Shown here in pieces: positions 9,648-18,232 of a DNA stretch of 64,000 nt. Numbering within the stretch: position 1 is the first letter of the stretch; each line of letters opens with the position of its first letter. A program made the translations under genes and the position numbers. The stretch spans positions 64,001-128,000 of the forward strand of contig CAWAMW010000006.1 of NCBI GenBank assembly GCA_963783305.1. The letters are read 5' to 3'. The stretch is from an uncultured Gemmatimonadales bacterium. GTDB taxonomy: Bacteria > Gemmatimonadota > Gemmatimonadetes > Longimicrobiales > RSA9. The notes beneath the pieces are model-generated. The model was not told where the DNA came from. It made no database searches and saw only the letters and a list, made by a program, of their open reading frames with translations.

Positions 9648-10946
9648 ATGGCTCCATTGCACTCGAAACTCGCGGTGATGCTTCTGCTCTTCCTCCCCGC
9701 CTGTGGCACCGTTGCGGGCGGCGTGTCCAACTCGCCGGTCGGGCGACGGGCGCACACCGGGGTCGCCGACGCGGGTGCGGAAGACTCGGCAGTCCTCCGG
9801 GAGGGGGCGCTCGACGGCACGGCGTTCGGCGCGGCCGACGCGCCGCGGATCAGACTGGAAGGGCTCGCCCTTCCCAGTACGCCCGGCGCATTCCTCTACC
9901 CCAGCTCGGGAGAGCTGCCCGAAGAGATCCAGAGCCAGGTGGAGCAGTTCATCCACGCGTTGACGGACGGCCGAGCGAGCGGACGATACGGTCGGTGGCT
10001 CGACGGGGAAGCGGTGTGGGGTGACTGGATCCGCGCGGAGCTCCGGGATGCAGGCCTGCCCCAGGACCTCGTCTACCTGGCCATGATCGAGAGCGGGTTC
10101 CACCCCGCGGCCGTCTCTCACGCGGGCGCCGCCGGGATGTGGCAGTTCATGGCTCCGACCGCCCGTATGTCAGGCCTCCGAGTAGACGACTGGGTGGACG
10201 AGCGACGGGAGCCCGAAGCGGCGACTCATGCGGCGATACGTCACCTCTCCGACCTCTACAAGGCGACGGGCGACTGGGCCCTGTCCGCCGCGGCCTACAA
10301 CGCCGGGCTGGGCCGGGTGACCCGAGCGGTGGCAGGGGAAGGCGAACGCGACTACTTCAGCCTGTCCCTGGCCGGACGCCTTCCGCGTGAGACCCGTGAA
10401 TACGTACCCATCATGCTGGCCGCCGCGTGGGTCGACCGCCATCGCGCGGAGTACGGGATCCCGCCCCGGGAGCCGCGCGGGCGGCCGGTCAGCGATTCCG
10501 TTCATCTCGAGGGCCGCACCCGCCTGTCCGTGGTCGCCGACGGGCTGGGGATCCGGCGGGATAGCCTGAAGGCGCTGAACCTCCACCTCGTCCGGGGCGC
10601 CGTGCCCCCGACGGGTGGGATCGTTCGTGTGCCCGTGGCGAGCGACACGGGAGCGCTCTCCGTTCACCTCGCCAGTCTGTCCCGCGAACAGCGGCTACTC
10701 CCCGACTGGATCGAGACCCACTACTCCGTTCGGTCCGGAGACAGCTGGTGGGCGATCGCCCGCCGCCATGACACGACCGTCGACGCGCTCCGTGCCCTCA
10801 ACCCCACTCGCCGCGATGTGATTCATCCAGGCGACCGGCTCATCGTTGCTCGCACAGCCGCATACGACACCGGCCCCGGGAAAGGGTCCCCGACGCCCGC
10901 GGCGGCGCCTCGCGCCTCACCCTCGGCCAGGAACGATATGAAATAG
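9648..10946 (+). CDS. MltD-like lytic transglycosylase (SLT plus LysM), probable lipoprotein
   Basis: LAMIESGF, AAGMWQFM, AAYNAG, ETREYVP; LysM YSVRSGDSWWAIARRH...LNP...IHPGDRL. Confidence 0.9.
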   Translation: MAPLHSKLAVMLLLFLPACGTVAGGVSNSPVGRRAHTGVADAGAEDSAVLREGALDGTAFGAADAPRIRLEGLALPSTPGAFLYPSSGELPEEIQSQVEQFIHALTDGRASGRYGRWLDGEAVWGDWIRAELRDAGLPQDLVYLAMIESGFHPAAVSHAGAAGMWQFMAPTARMSGLRVDDWVDERREPEAATHAAIRHLSDLYKATGDWALSAAAYNAGLGRVTRAVAGEGERDYFSLSLAGRLPRETREYVPIMLAAAWVDRHRAEYGIPPREPRGRPVSDSVHLEGRTRLSVVADGLGIRRDSLKALNLHLVRGAVPPTGGIVRVPVASDTGALSVHLASLSREQRLLPDWIETHYSVRSGDSWWAIARRHDTTVDALRALNPTRRDVIHPGDRLIVARTAAYDTGPGKGSPTPAAAPRASPSARNDMK

Positions 10947-11003
10947 CCAACGCCGCTGCGGGTAGGTGAGGCGCTCGGGATGCATTTCAGCCCGACCTGA
11001 AGG

Positions 11004-11351
11004 TTACCCTCCGAAAGGTACTCGCCCAGAGCATCCAGGTCCGGCAGAACGACTGCGCCCGCTCCCTCCAGCCGGTCCCCCAAGGCGCCCTGCACCCGCG
11101 CCGCCCACCAGCGCCCGCGTCCCCGAAGGCGCCGCACCCGTCAGCGCCACGGTCTCCCGGGCCACCCCGTCCAGATCGAACCCGGTCGAACACCTTTTAC
11201 AGCCCCTCGCGGTCCAGCCCCCGGACCCGCACCATCGAACGCTCCACCCGTGCGGACGGGGCGCGCCGACCGCACCGGCCCCGGACGTCTTCCGCGGTGT
11301 ACAGACGATTCCCCGCGGCGTCCCGGGCTCCCTCGGAGGCTTTTCGTCCAC
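11004..11351 (-). pseudogene. Relic of a CarH/LitR-like MerR-family B12-binding regulator
   Basis: Collinear fragments in shifting frames: MerR wing RDAAGNRLYTAEDVR; helical-bundle VERSMVRVRGLDREGL*KVFDR (in-frame TAA); Rossmann end ALVGGAGA / LEGAGAVVLPDLDALGEYL. Confidence 0.65.
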
Positions 11352-11420
11352 CGTCTGTCTATGAGTTGTCCATGGTATAACTTGCGCTGTTCATATCATG
11401 TACATATCTTGTTCAGGTGA
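11345..11420. promoter_or_regulatory. 11-bp-periodic TGTnnA operator array around an extended -10 element (CarH/CarA-type operator candidate)
   Basis: CGTCCA 11345, TGTCTA 11356, TGTCCA 11367, then TGTTCA 11388, TGTACA 11399, TGTTCA 11410; TGGTATAAC lies at 11373-11381. Confidence 0.7.
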
Positions 11421-11457
11421 CAACGGTTGGGACACCCATACAGAAGGAGAGGGAGAA

Positions 11458-12357
11458 ATGACGCGCACGATGGGGATTGTACTGAGCCTTGCGGTCGCCA
11501 CGGTCACGGCCGGGTGCGAGGACGACAAGGGGTCTGCTGCGCCGGAGCCGAGCCTGGTCGAGGTGGCTGCGGCCACCCCGGAGCTGAGTACGCTGGTGGC
11601 GGCGCTTCAGGCCGGGGAGCTGGACGGTACGTTGGGCATGGAGGGACCGTTCACCGTCTTCGCGCCGGTGAACTCTGCGTTCGGTCAGTTGAGCGAGGCC
11701 CAGCTGGATGTGCTGCTGGCGCCGGAGAACCGAGCGCTGCTTCAGAAGGTGCTGACGTACCACGTGGTGGCCGGTGAGGTGTACGCGGCGGAGCTGACCG
11801 ACGGCGCCGAGGTGACGACGGTGGAGGGGAGCACGCTTAGGATAGACCTGAGCGGGGAGCCCATGGTGAACGGCGCCCGCATCATTGGCACGGACATCGT
11901 GGCGTCGAACGGTGTGGTGCACCTGATCAATGGCGTGCTGACGGAGAACCTGGACATCGTGGACGTGGCGACGCTGAACGGGTTCACGACGCTGTTGACG
12001 GCCGCGTCGGCCGCTGGCCTGGTGGACGCCCTCCGGGGCAACGGCAGCGGCGATGGGCTGACGGTGTTCGCGCCGACGGAGGCTGCGTTCGCGGCGCTCG
12101 GTGAGGTCCCGAGCGACCCGGCGGTCCTCGAGCAGGTGCTGCTCTATCACGTGGTGGGTGGCCGTACCCCGTCCTCCGCTCTGACCGACGGGCAGACCAT
12201 CTCCACCCTTCAGGGCGGCACTGTCACGGCGAACCTTTCATCCGGCGTGACCATTGATGGCGCCAGCAACAGCGCCGACGTGATCTCGGCCGATGTGCAC
12301 GCGAGCAACGGCATCATCCACGTGATCGACGCCGTACTGCTGCCCCCGTCCAGCTGA
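11458..12357 (+). CDS. Fasciclin (FAS1) domain lipoprotein, two domains
   Basis: Lipobox VTAGC; two copies of TVFAP....F...L.YHVV...ASNG(V/I)(V/I)H.I..VL. Confidence 0.93.
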   Translation: MTRTMGIVLSLAVATVTAGCEDDKGSAAPEPSLVEVAAATPELSTLVAALQAGELDGTLGMEGPFTVFAPVNSAFGQLSEAQLDVLLAPENRALLQKVLTYHVVAGEVYAAELTDGAEVTTVEGSTLRIDLSGEPMVNGARIIGTDIVASNGVVHLINGVLTENLDIVDVATLNGFTTLLTAASAAGLVDALRGNGSGDGLTVFAPTEAAFAALGEVPSDPAVLEQVLLYHVVGGRTPSSALTDGQTISTLQGGTVTANLSSGVTIDGASNSADVISADVHASNGIIHVIDAVLLPPSS

Positions 12358-12381
12358 GGCACCTGAATCGACGGGAATGAC

Positions 12382-12417
12382 GAAAGGGGAGGCGAGCAGG
12401 GGCTCGCCTCCCCTTTC
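12382..12417. terminator. Perfect 16-bp hairpin between convergent genes (probable bidirectional terminator)
   Basis: GAAAGGGGAGGCGAGC-AGGG-GCTCGCCTCCCCTTTC. Confidence 0.8.
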
Positions 12418-12461
12418 CTCTACAACCGCCGGGGGGAAGATCGTTCCGTGGCGCCTCAGAC

Positions 12462-13223
12462 CTACGGGCGCCAGATGACGGACGCGACCGCGCTGTGGAG
12501 CCAGGCGAAGGTGTAGACCTCGTCCACGTCGGCGCCCCCCTCGACGGTGCGGTAGCCGAGCTCCAGCGTCCAGTTCTTCGCCACGTCGTAGCCCAGCTCC
12601 AGCGCGGCGTCCTCGGCTCGCCCGGGGCCGCCGGCCAGGGCGTCGACATCGAGGCCGAGCCGCCAGCGAGGCGCGAACCGCCAGTGGCCGGCCAGGTGGA
12701 GGAGCGGTACGAAGCCGAGGTCCGTCTTCTCGCCGGTGGTCGGACCCTGCTCCAGGCGAATGACCGCATCCCGGATCTTGGCCGTGAACCCTACCCACCC
12801 TGTCGTCGTCTCGCTCTGGTGGAACCGGTAGCGGTAGGTCAGGCGGTACGAGTTGAAGGTGTAGGTCGCGTCCGCCGGCTGCCCTGCCGTGAACGACGCC
12901 CCGGCGAAGTCGATGGCCGTCCCCGGCGTGCCGGTCTCGGTCAGGGAGAACGGGGCCAGGAGCAGCCGGAGCCCGTGGCGGTCGTTGAAGTTCCACGTGA
13001 CGTACAGCCGACCCCCGGCCCACGGCCCGGCGCCGGCGAGGTCATAGAGGGAGAACCGGGTGGCCGAGCCGTCGTTGGGGATCTCCACGTCGTTGTAGCT
13101 CTGCCACACGGGGCCGCCTTCCAGTTCGATCTGCACTGTGGGCGCACCCTGTGCCCTCCCCGGTGCGGCCGCCAGCCCGACGAGCAGGCCGGCCGCGGCC
13201 AGTCTCGCGATCCATACGCGCAT
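12462..13223 (-). CDS. Hypothetical outer-membrane beta-barrel protein
   Basis: Signal peptide ending RAQ; amphipathic aromatic-rich strands (YRLTYRYRF, WTLELGYR); GGAGG-like RBS. Confidence 0.65.
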   Translation of the reverse strand: MRVWIARLAAAGLLVGLAAAPGRAQGAPTVQIELEGGPVWQSYNDVEIPNDGSATRFSLYDLAGAGPWAGGRLYVTWNFNDRHGLRLLLAPFSLTETGTPGTAIDFAGASFTAGQPADATYTFNSYRLTYRYRFHQSETTTGWVGFTAKIRDAVIRLEQGPTTGEKTDLGFVPLLHLAGHWRFAPRWRLGLDVDALAGGPGRAEDAALELGYDVAKNWTLELGYRTVEGGADVDEVYTFAWLHSAVASVIWRP

Positions 13224-13260
13224 GATCCCTCCCTCGTACGGTGGTGGTGCGGCTCCGGGG

Positions 13261-13722
13261 CTAGTGCTCGTCCCCTCCGCCCGCCCCGGCTTCCTCCCGA
13301 CCGAAAGTGGCTACGAGGCCGCGGATAAGCCGGCCCTTCTCCTGGTCGGTCAGCCGCGCCTCCGCGTGCAGCGGCAGGTAGTACCAGGGCGGCATCTCGT
13401 TTTCCTCCACCATCTCGGCGGCCTCATCAGCCTCCTGCTCGCCCTGCCCCCACTCCGATACGTTCAGGTGCTCGCGCCCCTCCGCCACGTCGTTCTGGAG
13501 GAGCCACGACGCCGGAGCGACCTGGCTGTACCACGGCCAGCGGGTCTCGTTGCTGTGGCAGTCGCCGCAGGCGCGGAAAAATAGCTCGCGTGTCTCCGGT
13601 TGGTCCCATCCCGGCTCCGCGGCCACGGCCGGGTTGTCGTGATCGCGGCCGTAGGGCACGACCTGGATGAGTATCAGGATCGCCAGCAGGGCCACCGCTC
13701 CGATCAGGAGAATTCGTTTCAT
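13261..13722 (-). CDS. Haem-binding domain c-type cytochrome (Haem_bd family)
   Basis: N-terminal [19 protein letters not shown] (CxxCH), [18 protein letters not shown]...H.EARLT. Confidence 0.85.
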   Translation of the reverse strand: MKRILLIGAVALLAILILIQVVPYGRDHDNPAVAAEPGWDQPETRELFFRACGDCHSNETRWPWYSQVAPASWLLQNDVAEGREHLNVSEWGQGEQEADEAAEMVEENEMPPWYYLPLHAEARLTDQEKGRLIRGLVATFGREEAGAGGGDEH

Positions 13723-13946
13723 CAAAGCACGTCCTTGTCGATAGTCATAACCTGCGCATCAGGATGCGGTGAGGAGGCCGCTTGCGCCAGCAGCCGGGCC
13801 GCTCGACCCGTACCCGGTTCGTCGGTACGGGGGACCCGGTCGCCCTTCCCCCTGTCCTCTCGTGGACCGCCGGGGATATATTTCCATCTGGGAATACAGT
13901 TAGAAACGCCGGGCGACGCGCCGGCCGCAGCGAGGAGGAGTGGTCC

Positions 13947-14771
13947 ATGAGCCAGCAGACGGGTGAATCGTGCGGTACGGGAGGAGGGGCGTGCCCATCG
14001 ATCCGTGGAATCCCGCTCCCTCTCCTGCTGGTACTGGGGCTGTTGATCTATACGGTGGCCCAGGGTGCCTGGGCGCGAGCGAGCGCGGCGGAGGTGGCGC
14101 CGCAGGATCTCCTGGAGGCCATGGCGGGGGTGGAGCGGTCGTACATCACGGCGCTGTGGGCGACGGGGAACGGCACGCCGGCGGAGGCGGTAGCGAGTGT
14201 GGCGCGGCTCAGGGCGGCGTGGTCGAAGTTCGAGGCGGAGCGGGGTGCGGAGCTGTCGCGGCTGGAGGGTGGGGCGGAGGCGGGGTCGCTGGTATCGGAG
14301 CGGATCGAGGCGGCGGCGTCCCTTGCGTCTGAGGCGCCGTCGCGGGCCCACGAGGTGCTCGAGGAGATCCGGCTACGTCTGCGGGAGCTGCGCGTGGCGA
14401 ACGGGCTGGAATACTTCCCCGACCGCCTGACTGCGTACCACGAGCCCATGGAGGCGATCGTGATCGCGGCAAAGTCCGGGGGGCCTGCGGGCCCGGGGCC
14501 GGAGGCCGTGGCGGAGATCCGGGCGACGCTTCCGGAGGCTATGGAGAGCTGGGCCGCCCTCGAGGCCGCGCCCCACGACAACGCCGTGTATGGGCTGACG
14601 CCTGAAATGCTGCGGCGGCGCGAGAAGCTGCTGGCGGCGGAGCGATCGGCCCTCGAGGAGCTGGCCGGCGCCCTGGAGGCCGGGGACGCGCGGGCCGTGG
14701 GACGGGCCGGCACCGCGCTCAAGCCGGTCTTCGCCCGGATCGTGCTCCTGTACGGTGAGCGCGACGGCTGA
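13947..14771 (+). CDS. Hypothetical exported all-helical protein
   Basis: [12 protein letters not shown]; hydrophobic N-terminal segment; AHEVLEEIR and YHEPME His/Glu motifs; coding-like GC3 bias. Confidence 0.65.
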   Translation: MSQQTGESCGTGGGACPSIRGIPLPLLLVLGLLIYTVAQGAWARASAAEVAPQDLLEAMAGVERSYITALWATGNGTPAEAVASVARLRAAWSKFEAERGAELSRLEGGAEAGSLVSERIEAAASLASEAPSRAHEVLEEIRLRLRELRVANGLEYFPDRLTAYHEPMEAIVIAAKSGGPAGPGPEAVAEIRATLPEAMESWAALEAAPHDNAVYGLTPEMLRRREKLLAAERSALEELAGALEAGDARAVGRAGTALKPVFARIVLLYGERDG

Positions 14772-14840
14772 GGGCGCGGTAGGGAAGTTGCAGCGGGGAC
14801 CCGCACCGGCAGGCGCAGTTCGACAGGGATGGAGGGGCAA

Positions 14841-15827
14841 ATGGAGCGGAGGCGACTGGGGTCGCACGGGTTGGAGACATCGGCCGTTGGACTCGGCTGC
14901 ATGGGGATGAGCGAGTTCTACGGCGAGACGGAGGAGGGGCGGGGGATCGAGGTGATCCACCGTGCGCTGGACCTGGGGGTGGAGCTGCTGGACACGGCAG
15001 ACATGTACGGCCCGTTCACGAACGAGGAGCTGGTGGGGCGGGCGATCGGCGATCGTCGCGACAACGTGGTTCTGGCAACGAAGTTCGGGAACGAGCGTCG
15101 CCCCGACGGCACCTTCGTGGGCGTGAACGGTCGTCCGGAATACGTGCGCGAGGCGTGCGACGCGTCGCTGGCGCGGCTGGGGGTGGAGCACATCGACCTG
15201 TACTACCAGCACCGGGTGGACCCGGACGTTGCTATCGAGGAGACGGTGGGTGCCATGGCCGAGCTGGTGGCCTCGGGGAAGGTCCGCTGGCTGGGGCTGT
15301 CGGAGGCGGCGCCATCGACGATCCGGCGGGCGCACGCCGAGCACCCCATCAGCGCACTCCAGACCGAGTACTCGCTGTGGACCCGGTTCGTAGAGGCGGA
15401 GGTCCTGGCGACGGTCCGCGAGCTCGGGATCGGCTTCGTCGCCTACTCCCCCCTCGGCCGAGGATTCCTCTCCGGTCGGATCCGGAGCCCGGAGGACCTG
15501 GCGGAAGACGACTGGCGTCGGGAGAACCCGCGCTTCCAGGGCGACAACTTCCGGCGCAATCTCGAGCTGGTGGACCGGGTGCGCGGGATGGCCGACGAGA
15601 AGGGGCTGGAGCCGGCGCAGCTGGCGCTGGCGTGGCTGCTTCACCAGGGAGACGACATCGTGCCCATCCCCGGCACCACCCACCCCGACCACCTCGAGTC
15701 GAACGTGGCGGCGGTCGAGGTCGAGCTGGACGAGGGGGAGCTGGCCCGGCTCGACGAGCTCGCGCCGCCCGGGACCGCCGCCGGGGACCGGTACCCCGAG
15801 CAGGGGATGAAGGCGGTGAGCCGGTAG
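14841..15827 (+). CDS. Aldo/keto reductase
   Basis: [47 protein letters not shown]. Confidence 0.95.
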   Translation: MERRRLGSHGLETSAVGLGCMGMSEFYGETEEGRGIEVIHRALDLGVELLDTADMYGPFTNEELVGRAIGDRRDNVVLATKFGNERRPDGTFVGVNGRPEYVREACDASLARLGVEHIDLYYQHRVDPDVAIEETVGAMAELVASGKVRWLGLSEAAPSTIRRAHAEHPISALQTEYSLWTRFVEAEVLATVRELGIGFVAYSPLGRGFLSGRIRSPEDLAEDDWRRENPRFQGDNFRRNLELVDRVRGMADEKGLEPAQLALAWLLHQGDDIVPIPGTTHPDHLESNVAAVEVELDEGELARLDELAPPGTAAGDRYPEQGMKAVSR

Positions 15828-16137
15828 GTTGGCAGGCTGCTGAAGAGGTCGGAGGCGCGGGTCGAGGGTCGATCCCTGCGGTCGCTCCGCTTCCCGAGGA
15901 CCCCGCTGGCGCGCGAGGCGACCGCGCTGCGCGCGGCGTCGACGGGACGGGGCACGCGCGTGTGCTTCCAGCTACGGCGGCGCGAGACTCCGGGGAAAGA
16001 CGGAGCGCAGCGGAGATCGACCAGCGAGGCCGGAGGCCGAAGCGATCGACCAGCGAGCGAAGCGACGCGAACGACAGGGAGCGCGAGCGACCGTTCGCTC
16101 CCGCCCACCGCATGTCTCACCGACCTGTCGGGGCTCG

Positions 16138-17271
16138 CTACAGGCCCGGGTCCACCAGGTATTTCTCGCCGGTCGCCTTGCGCTCGTAGGCCCTGGCCAC
16201 GTCCGGGTCGATCATGTCGTCGAGGCTGATGGTCTGCGTGTAATGGCTGGCGAAGATGCCGTTGCGCTCCTCCACGGTGAAGCGCCGCATCTCCAATACC
16301 CGGTCCTTCCCCATTTCCTCGAGGTGCGGCGTGAGAAGCCAGCCCCCGACGCCCCAGTACATGCCGTAGCCGGCGGTCAGGACCGTGTCACCGGTGTCGA
16401 GCCGGCCGTAGATGTAGACCTGCTTGTGGACGGTCGAGCCGTAGACGCTGAACTCGGCACCGCGCTTCGCCTGCGCCCGCTCCATCGCGACGAGAATGTC
16501 GTTCGCCATCCGGCCACCGCCGATGGCGTCGAAGCCGAGGGTCGCGCCGGTCTCCGCCAGGGCGTCGGTGAGGTCGTCCATGAAGCGGTCTCTCGAGCTG
16601 TCGACGATGTGTGTCAGCCCGATGTCGGCCAGGATCTCCTCCTGCTCCTCCGAGCGCACGATGGCGACCAGCGGGACACCTTCCTCCAGGCACAGCCTGG
16701 CCAGCATCTGGCCGAGATTGGAGGCCGCCGCCGTGTGAACGAGCCCCGAGTGCCCCTCGGCGCGCATGGTGTTCAGGAAGCCCTGCGTCGTCATCGGGTT
16801 GACGAACAGGGAGGCACCCTCGTGAGCCGGCGCGCCGTCCGGCAGCGGAATTACGTTCTCGGCCTTGGTCCGCGCGTGGGTGCGATAGAGACGGCCATCG
16901 ACGAAGCTCACCGTTCTGCCCATCAGCGACTGTGCCGCGTCTGACGACCCCGCCGCGACCACCCTGCCGGCGCCCTCGTTGCCGGCGGGGAGCTTTCGGC
17001 CCGTCCGTCCGGCCAAGACGCGCGCCATGCGGGGCGCCACTTCGGCGACCAGCGCCGGGTGTCCATCGACCACGTCGCTCCGCGCCGTAGACATGTCGGC
17101 GGGCGCGAGCAGCAGCCCGAGGTCGCTGGGATTGATCGGCACCGCCCGCATCTCGACGACGATCTCGTCCTCGGCGGGCTCCTCCACCTCGTCCGGCTCG
17201 ATGGAGAGGATCAGCCTACCGCCCTCCGTAACCGTAGTGAACAGCTGCTTCGCGTCGGGGAAATCGGTCAT
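16138..17271 (-). CDS. Medium-chain dehydrogenase/reductase (zinc-independent, NADH oxidase-like)
   Basis: PINPSDLG, GNEGAGRVV, FVNPMT, HTAAASNLGQML, FDAIGGG; AGGAGG RBS. Confidence 0.88.
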   Translation of the reverse strand: MTDFPDAKQLFTTVTEGGRLILSIEPDEVEEPAEDEIVVEMRAVPINPSDLGLLLAPADMSTARSDVVDGHPALVAEVAPRMARVLAGRTGRKLPAGNEGAGRVVAAGSSDAAQSLMGRTVSFVDGRLYRTHARTKAENVIPLPDGAPAHEGASLFVNPMTTQGFLNTMRAEGHSGLVHTAAASNLGQMLARLCLEEGVPLVAIVRSEEQEEILADIGLTHIVDSSRDRFMDDLTDALAETGATLGFDAIGGGRMANDILVAMERAQAKRGAEFSVYGSTVHKQVYIYGRLDTGDTVLTAGYGMYWGVGGWLLTPHLEEMGKDRVLEMRRFTVEERNGIFASHYTQTISLDDMIDPDVARAYERKATGEKYLVDPGL

Positions 17272-17324
17272 CTCGGTCCTCCTGTGGGTAGATCCGCGCT
17301 CGGGCGCCCGGGTGCTGAAAGCGT

Positions 17325-17903
17325 TCAGGCCTCCGACCTCAGTACTCGCAGAGCCCGCGTCCAACGCAGCAGCTCGTCGAGCATCACCCGAGAAGCTTTC
17401 TCCTGCACCTCGCCCGGTGTGAAGTCGCCCGACGCTTCATCGATATGCCTGGAGAAGAACGGGATCGAGACGGCCTCGGGGATGGGCATCATCCGCAGCG
17501 TGGTCGCCACCAGCTTGCTGACTTCGGCAGATCGCGTCCCGCCGGATACGCCGCCGTAGCTGACGAACCCGAGGGGCTTGTAGGCCCACTCGCGGACCAG
17601 GAACTGGAACGCGTTCAGGAGCGCGGCCGGGGGCGAGTGGTCGTACTCGGGCGTCACGACGACGAAGGCATCCGCCCGCTCGACGATCTCCGCCCACTCC
17701 TGCGTGTGCGCGTGCTCGTAGTCCTGCAGGCGCGGGTGTCGGGGCTCGTCGAAGAGGGGGAGGTCGACACGGGCGAGGTCGACGGGCTCGATCCGGAACC
17801 CTTCGTGGCGGCGAGCCTGATCGAGGAACCAGTCGGCCACGACGGGGCCCTTGCGGCCGTCGCGGGTGCTGGCGGTGATGACCTGCAGGAGCGGCTCGTC
17901 CAT
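17325..17903 (-). CDS. NADPH-dependent FMN reductase
   Basis: ASTRDGRKG, ADAFVVVTPEYDHSPPAALLNA, EWAYKP.GFVSYGGVSGG. An alternative start lies at 17927. Confidence 0.92.
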   Translation of the reverse strand: MDEPLLQVITASTRDGRKGPVVADWFLDQARRHEGFRIEPVDLARVDLPLFDEPRHPRLQDYEHAHTQEWAEIVERADAFVVVTPEYDHSPPAALLNAFQFLVREWAYKPLGFVSYGGVSGGTRSAEVSKLVATTLRMMPIPEAVSIPFFSRHIDEASGDFTPGEVQEKASRVMLDELLRWTRALRVLRSEA

Positions 17904-18232
17904 GGTCCTCAGTCGTTGGGCCGTCATGGCTGCCGCGCTATAGCATGGCGCGGTAGCGGGGGCCAGAGGGGGTGCAATAATCGGGCACGGGCGTCGGCCC
18001 TGCCGCTGGACCGCCGACTGTCCTACCTCCGCATTTTCCGGCGTACGATCGACCACTTGAACCCGGAGGGGCCATGATCTCTGTCACGATCGGCGTGAGG
18101 ACGGTGCGTGTGCGGCGAACGCGCGTCCGACTCCCGACGCCGCGCCCGGGCAGACCGTGCGCGTCCTTGCGCGGGGGGCCCGGAATCGGCACCCATTGTG
18201 TGAGTGACCCGTTCCGTTGAAAGGAGAGACCC

